In this document: piece by piece, positions 15,683 through 22,173 of the stretch
Position numbering within the stretch: position 1 is the stretch's first letter
Layout of the letters: every line of letters starts with the position of its first letter
Assembly: GCA_964591795.1 (NCBI GenBank)
Contig: CAZQEL010000003.1
Coordinates: 1 to 22,173, forward strand
DNA: 22,173 nucleotides
Source of the DNA: an uncultured archaeon
Lineage (GTDB): Archaea; Iainarchaeota; Iainarchaeia; Iainarchaeales; CSSED10-239
Direction of reading: 5' to 3'
Program-made: the position numbers and the translations under genes
The notes under the pieces: model-generated
Seen by the model: only the letters and a program-made list of their open reading frames with translations
What the model was told of the DNA's origin: nothing
Databases searched by the model: none

Positions 15683-15949
15683 TTATAATTTAAATTTTTT
15701 AACTAATTTTTGAAGGTCAGGAAAATTGACATAATAAATAACAATTCCAATAACTGCAAACCATACAAAATGAGGATATTGAATAAATAATAAATAAACA
15801 AGTACAATTGTAAGAATAACTGAAAATGTGTTATTTGCAATTTTACTTTTTGTCCATGAATAAATCACAACAGAAAATAAAAGTATAAGCACAATCCAAA
15901 TCATTTGTTGGAAAGCACTTAAATATATTATATTATTCATAAAGTTCAT
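15683..15949 (-). CDS. Small membrane protein (about 3 TM)
   Basis: 88-aa ORF with TTGATTATAT before the ATG. It has three hydrophobic segments and a basic C-terminus, LQKLVKKFKL. Confidence 0.5.
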   Translation of the reverse strand: MNFMNNIIYLSAFQQMIWIVLILLFSVVIYSWTKSKIANNTFSVILTIVLVYLLFIQYPHFVWFAVIGIVIYYVNFPDLQKLVKKFKL

Positions 15950-15982
15950 ATATAATCAAATAAAGGAAGAAAAGATTTATAA

Positions 15983-16591
15983 TTACTTAGCTTTTCTATT
16001 ATTTGCTCTATTTGAAGGTCCAGCTTTTTCAGTACCAATTCCCTTACGTACAAGGCCTCTATTTTTCTTACCTTGACTTGTAAGACCTCTTTGAGCTCTT
16101 CTTTTATGTGTTTTATCTACAATCCAGTTAAGATCCATATCATTAACTATTGATGGATGATGAGGATCAATCATTATTATTTCATAATACTTGTGTTGTC
16201 CGTCTTCTCCAACATAATATGAATTTAAAACTTCTAAATTAATAAATGCTTTATCAGCTTTATTTTCAGCCATTCTTTGAATAGATATCCTTCTTGTAAT
16301 TTTATTTACACCCATTCTTTTAGGTCTTCTTGCAGCTTTAGGTCTTAAAATTAACCCTCCACCTTTTCTAACCTTTACAAATACAACTGAAATACCTTGT
16401 TTTGCTTTATAACCTAAACTTCTTGCTCTTGGTATGTTTGAAGGTTTATTAATCATTATTATAGATCCTTCAATCTTTCTAAATTCAATTAATTTTTTAG
16501 AATACACTTTTCTATAATCATAGTCAGTATCTCTTTTTTTCTTATATTCGTTTTCAATTGTTTTTTGAATATATTTATTTGCTGTTGTCAT
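15983..16591 (-). CDS. rpl15e: 50S ribosomal protein L15e
   Basis: 202-aa ORF. It has L15e hallmarks: YKAKQGISVVFVKVRKGGGLILRPKAARRPKRMGV, LNSYYVGEDGQHKYYEIIMIDPHHP and a basic C-terminus. GTGATTTTTTA precedes the ATG. Confidence 0.92.
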   Translation of the reverse strand: MTTANKYIQKTIENEYKKKRDTDYDYRKVYSKKLIEFRKIEGSIIMINKPSNIPRARSLGYKAKQGISVVFVKVRKGGGLILRPKAARRPKRMGVNKITRRISIQRMAENKADKAFINLEVLNSYYVGEDGQHKYYEIIMIDPHHPSIVNDMDLNWIVDKTHKRRAQRGLTSQGKKNRGLVRKGIGTEKAGPSNRANNRKAK

Positions 16592-16747
16592 TAAAAAATC
16601 ACACTCTTTTTAATTTGTTTTATATAATTATTATTTTAATCAAATAATATTCTAATATAATTATGAAACAAAATATTTAAATAGTAAATGTAATTTAAAG
16701 CTTAAATTAGCCTTATTACACAAAATCAATAAAAATACAAGATAAAT

Positions 16748-16930
16748 ATGCTTACTAAAAAAATTATAATCACTAAAAAACATTTTAATATGATGATTAA
16801 AGATATATTAATAGATTTAAATATTAATCCAGAAACGGTTCTTGTAAAAATAAAAGATAAATTTACACCAATATCCTATGTTATTAAAAAAAAAACAGAA
16901 CTAGAAGTTTTAGAAGTTATTAAAGTGTGA
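16748..16930 (+). CDS. Small ThiS/MoaD-like beta-grasp candidate lacking a C-terminal Gly-Gly
   Basis: 60-aa ORF ending 8 nt before ttuA. The pattern KIIIT..HFNM.IKDILIDLNINPETVLVKIKDKF.P.SYVIKKKTELEVLEVIKV follows the ThiS layout (l.dll..l.i....v.v.vN...v......l.dgD.vei...v.GG), but it ends IKV-stop. Confidence 0.4.
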   Translation: MLTKKIIITKKHFNMMIKDILIDLNINPETVLVKIKDKFTPISYVIKKKTELEVLEVIKV

Positions 16931-16937
16931 AATAAAT

Positions 16938-17873
16938 ATGAATATTAAATGTAGTAAATGCCAAAAAGATGCTATGATTTATCTACCCTATGGAAAACAT
17001 AATCTTTGTAAAGCTCACTTTAATCATTTTTTTGAAAGTAGAATGAAAAAAACAATTAGACAATTTAAATTATTTTCAAATAAAGATTATCTCGGAATAG
17101 CAACCTCTGGTGGTAAAGACTCAATGGTGTTATTATACTTAATAAATAAAATATTTAAATCAAAAAGAATTAAATTTTGTGCTATTTTTGTAGACGAAGG
17201 AATAAATAATTATTCTAACAAAACTTTTCAAGTTGTTAAAACCTTTTGTAAAAATAACGATATTAAATTAGTTTATTCATCACACAAAAAAGAATTTGGA
17301 ATTTCAACACAAGAAATTGGTAAAAAACATGATAAACGTGAAGGAACTATTTGCACATATTGTGGAGTATTAAGAAGAAAAACTCTAAATAAACTTGCAA
17401 AACAAGAAAAAGTAACTTTAGTGCTCACTGGACATAATCTTGATGATGAATGTCAAACAATTTTAATGAATCTTTTAGATAATGATATAATTAGATTTTT
17501 TAGAACAGGGCCTTATGCAGGAATACTTAATTTAGAATATACAAAACCAAGAATTAAACCTTTTTATTTAACTCCAGAAAAAGAAATTGCAGCATATGCA
17601 CTTTATAATAAAATCCCATTTTATGATTCTAATTGTCCATTTTTCAGAACTGCAAAAAGAAATCACTTTAGAAGTTTTTTAAATGAAACTGAAAGTTTAC
17701 ATCCAGGGTCTAAATTTTCATTAATTAAATCTTTTTTAAAAATTAAAGAAATAAAAGATATTAAAAATACAATTAAAGATTTAAAACCAATAAGAAGATG
17801 TAAAGAATGTGGCGAAGAAACCAGTCAAGACATTTGTAAGTCCTGTGAATTATTAAAAAAATTTAAGAAATAA
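16938..17873 (+). CDS. ttuA: tRNA 2-thiolation PP-loop ATPase, TtuA/NcsA family
   Basis: 311-aa ORF. It has the PP-loop GIATSGGKDSMVLLYL and an N-terminal zinc finger, CSKCQK...CKAHF. The C-terminal zinc finger is CKECGEETSQDICKSCE. The central Cys residues (CTYCG, CPF) are positioned like the Fe-S ligands of TtuA. Confidence 0.85.
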   Translation: MNIKCSKCQKDAMIYLPYGKHNLCKAHFNHFFESRMKKTIRQFKLFSNKDYLGIATSGGKDSMVLLYLINKIFKSKRIKFCAIFVDEGINNYSNKTFQVVKTFCKNNDIKLVYSSHKKEFGISTQEIGKKHDKREGTICTYCGVLRRKTLNKLAKQEKVTLVLTGHNLDDECQTILMNLLDNDIIRFFRTGPYAGILNLEYTKPRIKPFYLTPEKEIAAYALYNKIPFYDSNCPFFRTAKRNHFRSFLNETESLHPGSKFSLIKSFLKIKEIKDIKNTIKDLKPIRRCKECGEETSQDICKSCELLKKFKK

Positions 17874-17943
17874 CTGTATAAAAAGCCTTTCCTACATATA
17901 ATTTTTTATATATTATAAACCATTGAGTATAATAGGTGTACAA

Positions 17944-18768
17944 ATGAAAATATTCATAAATAACAAAATATATAATCAGAGAGATGCTAAAATTTCCGTT
18001 ATTGATTCTTCATTTTTATGGGGTTATTCTGCATTTACAACTTTAGTTGCTGTCAAAAACAAAATACAATTTATAGATGATCACATAGATAGATTATTTA
18101 AAAATTGTAAAAATATAAAACTAAAACTTATATGGACTAAAAAACAAGTTAAAAATATACTTTTAAAAACATTAAAACAAACTAAATATAAAAATGCCAG
18201 AATTAGATTAGCATTTACTAATGGCGACCTAGAAAAAATTACTTTTAGAACTAGTAAAATAAAATCAAAACCAAAAATTATAATTATTATTAAAAAAATA
18301 AAACAGCCTAAACTTGAATTAAATAAATCCATTAGTTTAAAAACAGTAAAAACACAAAGACAATTTGCTGAAATTAAACAAATTAATTTTATACCATCAA
18401 TTTTAGCATGGAAAGAAGCACAAGAAAAAGGATATGATGATGGTTTAATGGTAGATCAAAAAAATAACATATTAGAAGCATCTACTGCAAATATATTTTG
18501 TATAAAAAATAATATAATTAAAACACCTAAAAATAATGTATTATTAGGTGTTACTAGAAAGTATATTATTAAAACAGCTAAAGAATTAGATTATAAAGTA
18601 AAAGAAGGTAATATATCTATTAAAGAACTAAAAAGTTCAAATGAAGTATTCATTACAAACACAACAACAATACTAAGAATAATAAATAAAATAGATAATA
18701 AAATAATTAACAAAACACCTACAATTACAAAAAAGATTGAAAATAAATTTTTAGAAAAGTATTATTAG
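17944..18768 (+). CDS. PLP fold-type IV enzyme (class IV aminotransferase: BCAT / D-amino-acid aminotransferase / ADC-lyase family)
   Basis: The ORF track starts at a TTG at 17923. I prefer the ATG at 17944, which has AGGTG 5 nt upstream. Motifs are FAEIKQINFIPSILAWKEAQEKGYDDGLMVD (candidate catalytic Lys, K..NyL.nilA..eA...G.de.l) and EASTANIFCIKNNIIKTPKNNVLLGVTRKYII...EVFITNT. Confidence 0.8.
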   Translation: MKIFINNKIYNQRDAKISVIDSSFLWGYSAFTTLVAVKNKIQFIDDHIDRLFKNCKNIKLKLIWTKKQVKNILLKTLKQTKYKNARIRLAFTNGDLEKITFRTSKIKSKPKIIIIIKKIKQPKLELNKSISLKTVKTQRQFAEIKQINFIPSILAWKEAQEKGYDDGLMVDQKNNILEASTANIFCIKNNIIKTPKNNVLLGVTRKYIIKTAKELDYKVKEGNISIKELKSSNEVFITNTTTILRIINKIDNKIINKTPTITKKIENKFLEKYY

Positions 18769-18775
18769 ATAAATT

Positions 18776-20413
18776 ATGAATACAACTAAAAATATTGAAA
18801 AAATTAAAAAGATTAGTAAAAAGACACAAACAAAAATTAGAGAAAATCTAATTAATTATAAATATATTTTAAATCAAATAAAACAAATTATTGATTTTCA
18901 AGATGCACTTATTGATCCATTAGCAGTACAAAAAAAAATATTATTGAAAATATTAAAAAGAAACAAACACACAGAATATGGTAAAAAATACTCTTTTTCT
19001 AAAATAAAAACTATTGCAGAATATAAACAAAAAGTACCTATAATTAAATTTTCTGATATCCTAACAGAAGTTGAAAGAATAAAAAATGGAGAACAAAATA
19101 TTTTAACAAAAGATAAAGTAATATATTTTGCATCAACCTCAGGAACAACTAGTAAAATAAAATTAGTTCCAATAACCAAACAAAGAATTAAAAATTATAA
19201 TAAAGAATTTGCACTTTGGGCAGTTTATGTACTTAAAAAATACATAAAAATCACAAATGGAAAAACATTATTTTTTGCAGGACCTTATTTTGAAGGAAAA
19301 ACTAAAGGCAAAATACCATATGGTAGTATTTCTGGATATTTACCATTTAAATCTCCATGGTATATAAAAAGAAAAATTGCAAATCCAATAATTATTTATA
19401 ATGACATGAACTTTGATAGAAAAATTAAAAAAATGGCAATATGTGCCTTACAGGAAAATATTACACAGATTGCATTTACAGCACCAATTGAAGCTATACT
19501 TTTTTTAGATTACATTAAAAATAATAAAAATAAATTAATTAAATATATAAAAAAAATAAACCCTAAAAAAGCAGAATATCTTTCAAGTATAAAAGAATTC
19601 AATGCAATTAATATCTGGCCAAATATAGGGCTTATTAGTTGCTTTAGATCCAAAACAAATGAAATGTACATAGACACATTACTCACAAAAATTGGAAAAA
19701 AATTAGAAATTAGAGATCCAGGAATTAATGCATCAGAAGGCAGAGTTTCAATTGGATTATCAAAAGATGGTGTTTCAGGAGTAATGCTTGTAAATACTAC
19801 TTTCTTTGAATTTATAGATATAGATAGAACTAATAAAGAAACAATTACAATTGAAAAATTAAAACTAAATAAAAAATATAAAGTAATAATGACTACTCAA
19901 GAAGGACTTTATAGATATGATTTAGGAGATATTATAAAAGTAACTGGATTTTTTAAAAAAGTGCCTGAAATTAAATTTTATAATAGAGAAAATTATCTAA
20001 ATATAGCAGGAGAACTTGCGTGTGAAGATGAAATAGTAAAAGCAATTAATAAAACTATTCTTGACACAAAACTGTCTATTAAATATTATACCTTAATACC
20101 ATCACTTTTAGATTTAACAAAAAAACCAAAATATGAAATACTTATTGATTTAGATGAAAAAGAAGATGGGAAAAAAATAATTGAATTTAAAATTAAATTA
20201 GATTTTAATTTAAAAAAAATAATCAATGATTACAAACAAATGCGTGAAGAATTCGGTAAAATGGATCCTCCAATTATTTCTATTTTAGAAGAAGGTAGTT
20301 ATGATGAATATAATAAAAAAAGAGTTGTTGGTTCTGGAAACCCAAAACCAATAAATATACATCAAGACCATAAGTTTAGAAATAATTTTAAAATTAAAAA
20401 GACCTATGAATAA
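18776..20413 (+). CDS. GH3-family adenylate-forming acyl-acid amido synthetase homolog
   Basis: 545-aa ORF that starts 7 nt after the previous stop. GH3/ANL motifs are YFASTSGTTSKIKLVPIT (SSGTT..K.iP), INASEGRVSIG (y.aSEg) and GLYRYDLGDIIKVTGFFKKVPEIKFYNRENYLNIAGE (YRYrlGDvv.v.gf....P...f..R......GE). Confidence 0.75.
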   Translation: MNTTKNIEKIKKISKKTQTKIRENLINYKYILNQIKQIIDFQDALIDPLAVQKKILLKILKRNKHTEYGKKYSFSKIKTIAEYKQKVPIIKFSDILTEVERIKNGEQNILTKDKVIYFASTSGTTSKIKLVPITKQRIKNYNKEFALWAVYVLKKYIKITNGKTLFFAGPYFEGKTKGKIPYGSISGYLPFKSPWYIKRKIANPIIIYNDMNFDRKIKKMAICALQENITQIAFTAPIEAILFLDYIKNNKNKLIKYIKKINPKKAEYLSSIKEFNAINIWPNIGLISCFRSKTNEMYIDTLLTKIGKKLEIRDPGINASEGRVSIGLSKDGVSGVMLVNTTFFEFIDIDRTNKETITIEKLKLNKKYKVIMTTQEGLYRYDLGDIIKVTGFFKKVPEIKFYNRENYLNIAGELACEDEIVKAINKTILDTKLSIKYYTLIPSLLDLTKKPKYEILIDLDEKEDGKKIIEFKIKLDFNLKKIINDYKQMREEFGKMDPPIISILEEGSYDEYNKKRVVGSGNPKPINIHQDHKFRNNFKIKKTYE

Positions 20414-20415
20414 AT

Positions 20416-21483
20416 ATGGATTTCAATAAATATTTTTCACAAAACTATTTAGAAGCAAGAACTAAATTTAGAAAAAAAACTAAACATCTAGTTATTGAAA
20501 AAAAAACAATAATTGATAACTTAACTATCGATTGTGCTTATTTTAAAAACAAAAATACAAAATTATTATTATTTGTATCCGGCACACATGGTGTAGAAGG
20601 ATATACAGGTAGCGCAGTACAATTATTTTATATAGATAAATATATAAAAAATAAAAAATATGATGCAGCATTCATACACATCTTAAATCCTTATGGATTT
20701 ATGAATAATAGAAGATATAATGAAAATAATGTAGATCTTAATAGAAATAATTTAGAAAATTTTAGTAATACTAACAAAAATATAGATGTAAATAAAATTA
20801 TTAAAGAAAAAGATTTATTTGAAATTAAAAAACCTTTAGTTAATGAAAGATTAAATAAAATAATATCTTATTCAACAGTATTAAAATTAGTTAATAAATT
20901 TGGACTTGCAAAAACTATTAAAGCTCTCGGCTATGGTCAAAATAAATACCCAAGAGGTATTTGTTTTACTGGATTTAAAAAAGAAAAATCTACAGTATTT
21001 CTTGAAAAATATATTTCAAAAGTAACTAAAGGATACAAAGAGGTAATTTTTATTGATTTACATACCGGTGCTGCAAAAAAATATAATTTAGACTTTTTTA
21101 CATCAAATGATATAAATACACCTAAATTTAAATTTATTAAAAAAATAATTACCAATCTTACAGAAATCAACACCCAAAAGAAAAAAGGAATAGACCATCT
21201 TGGTGGAACTGAAAACGCATTTTTTAAATATTCAAAAGCAAATAAAAATATTAACCTTGTTTTAGAATATGGAACAAAAAACAAATATTCAACAATACTT
21301 TCTTTAAACTACTTAAGTTTCCTTCTTCTTAAAGAAAATCAAGTAACATATAACGGTCCTTTTGAAAAATTAAAAAATATTAGAGCACAAATGAAGAAAG
21401 CATATTATCCAAACACACAAAAATACAATCAATTTGTAATTAAAAAAACAGATGAATTTTTAAAAAAACTCATAAATTATTAA
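20416..21483 (+). CDS. DUF2817 / M14-like zinc metallopeptidase (carboxypeptidase/deacylase fold)
   Basis: 355-aa ORF that starts 2 nt after the GH3 stop. Motifs are LLLFVSGTHGVEGYTGSAVQ (H..E zinc motif), HILNPYGFMNNRRYNENNVDLNRNN and VIFIDLHTGA (third zinc His). This is the pattern I associate with DUF2817. Confidence 0.75.
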   Translation: MDFNKYFSQNYLEARTKFRKKTKHLVIEKKTIIDNLTIDCAYFKNKNTKLLLFVSGTHGVEGYTGSAVQLFYIDKYIKNKKYDAAFIHILNPYGFMNNRRYNENNVDLNRNNLENFSNTNKNIDVNKIIKEKDLFEIKKPLVNERLNKIISYSTVLKLVNKFGLAKTIKALGYGQNKYPRGICFTGFKKEKSTVFLEKYISKVTKGYKEVIFIDLHTGAAKKYNLDFFTSNDINTPKFKFIKKIITNLTEINTQKKKGIDHLGGTENAFFKYSKANKNINLVLEYGTKNKYSTILSLNYLSFLLLKENQVTYNGPFEKLKNIRAQMKKAYYPNTQKYNQFVIKKTDEFLKKLINY

Positions 21484-21859
21484 TTGAAAGTTTGATTTCT
21501 AAAATATTATTTTTATAACTTGGAATAAAACTATCTTTTATAACACTAAAACCAAGCCAAATTTCTTTGTAAAAAGAATAATTATGACTTCTTATCATTA
21601 AAATATTTTTTGTATCATCAATGTCAAATCTTAAATGATTTAAATTATAGGGTGTATACATTGTAAGATATATATTTTTTTTATCAAAAACAAAGCTATC
21701 AATATCATCACACATTTCAAAATCTTCTTTATTTCTATTAAATTGAATATTAAGATTAATTGGTTCGGTTTTATCCTTAGTCTTTTGATTAGCAAAATCT
21801 AAAATCATTTGTTTAATTGCTTTATCAATATCTTCAAGATTATTTTTATTTTTTTTCAT
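21470..21859 (-). CDS. Small Hsp20/alpha-crystallin-domain-like protein
   Basis: The ORF track starts at 21892. I prefer the ATG at 21859 (MKKNKNN...) because GGGGTGGT lies 4 nt upstream. The C-terminal half, IYLTMYTPYNLNHLRFDIDDTKNILMIRSHNYSFYKEIWLGFSVIKDSFIPSYKNNILEIKLS, follows the sHSP pattern (y.l..dlPg....i.v.v..n.L.I.g....y.r.i.Lp..v.....a.y.nGvLei.l). Confidence 0.5.
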   Translation of the reverse strand: MKKNKNNLEDIDKAIKQMILDFANQKTKDKTEPINLNIQFNRNKEDFEMCDDIDSFVFDKKNIYLTMYTPYNLNHLRFDIDDTKNILMIRSHNYSFYKEIWLGFSVIKDSFIPSYKNNILEIKLSINNL

Positions 21860-22173
21860 TAAACCACCCCATTTTTTTTTGATAAAGATCATTTATAATA
21901 TTCTGTATTGTTGCCCATTTATCTCTTGCAAAAGGAGGTATTTTTTTATGTTCTAAAATATAGTCTTTGATGTACTTAATTGTCTTTGGATCAGCTGGAT
22001 ACCCTGATAATTCATAGCCTATTATTTCATTTATTAAACGATCTCTTGTAACTTTTGCTAAAACAGAAGCACAAGATACAGACATATGATTCAAATCTGC
22101 TTTATGCTCTGAAATAATTTCAATTGAATGTTTATAATCTATTAAATTAAAATTTGAAATCATCCGTTGTTTA
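21846..22173 (-). CDS. rnhB: Ribonuclease HII, C-terminal part (N-terminus beyond the right window edge)
   Basis: The ORF is open to the window edge. EHKADLNHMSVSCASVLAKVTRDRLINEI...SGYPADPKTIKYIKDY matches the RNase HII block e.KAD....VaaASIlAKV.RD......GSGYpsD..T..fl. Confidence 0.8.
   Translation of the reverse strand, partial: KQRMISNFNLIDYKHSIEIISEHKADLNHMSVSCASVLAKVTRDRLINEIIGYELSGYPADPKTIKYIKDYILEHKKIPPFARDKWATIQNIINDLYQKKMGWFNEKK

Noticed and set aside
17923-17943. A TTG-initiated seven-codon extension of the class IV PLP enzyme appears in the ORF track.
   Set aside because: The ATG at 17944 is preceded by AGGTG at optimal spacing. The TTG would lie within the probable promoter region.
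1652-21284. Other short ORFs are nested antisense within larger genes: 1652..1849, 3414..3626, 8502..8783, 12572..12754, 12931..13152, 18081..18332, 18898..19179 and 20937..21284.
   Set aside because: Each overlaps a longer ORF with clear family motifs or a better coding signature. ORF 12931..13152 lies on the same strand in a different frame, and 12572..12754 mostly covers the tfb upstream region. They are typical shadow ORFs of an AT-rich genome.
21860-21892. An eleven-codon N-terminal extension (MIFIKKKWGGL) of the Hsp20-like ORF overlaps the RNase HII 3' end.
   Set aside because: The internal ATG at 21859 has a strong GGGGTGGT SD. The extension is better explained as the overlapping rnhB coding region read in another frame.
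1-22173. I looked for CRISPR arrays, rRNA genes, additional tRNAs or structured ncRNAs in the intergenic spacers (985-1127, 5068-5272, 7019-7160, 12621-12802, 14234-14340, 16592-16747, 17874-17943).
   Set aside because: The spacers contain no regularly spaced direct repeats and no GC-rich stem-loop clusters or cloverleaf-compatible segments. They look like AT-rich promoter and terminator DNA. The only tRNA is the partial one at 1-54.

Overview
This is a strongly AT-rich, compact archaeal chromosomal segment. Archaeal markers are TFB, ribosomal protein L15e, class III (prepilin-type) signal peptides, ScpA/ScpB, Trm5 and a TtuA/NcsA-type thiolase. Composition and gene content suggest a small-genome, DPANN-like archaeon, but that is inference. 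I call one partial tRNA-Asn, 24 CDS (one partial), two gene relics, one 340-bp direct-repeat pair and one hairpin plus oligo-U terminator. No CRISPR array, rRNA, integrase or transposase is visible. The main points of interest are: (1) scpA and scpB are separated by about 4.1 kb of accessory DNA. A 340-bp direct repeat duplicates the scpA 3' end and brackets an orphan kinase-like gene. (2) Two paralogous pilin-like adhesins built from InlB-B-type repeats share a near-identical 173-nt cassette, and one has a decayed in-frame repeat after its stop codon. (3) A tight three-gene unit encodes a fold-type-IV PLP enzyme, a GH3-family amido synthetase and a DUF2817/M14-like peptidase. It sits just downstream of ttuA and a ThiS-like ORF that lacks the Gly-Gly tail. 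(4) An extracytoplasmic Lon-type (S16) protease lacks an ATPase domain and has a SHOCT-like, Lys-rich cytoplasmic tail. (5) A HerA/DUF87-like protein has degenerate Walker motifs. All family assignments come from motif reading by eye, with no database search.
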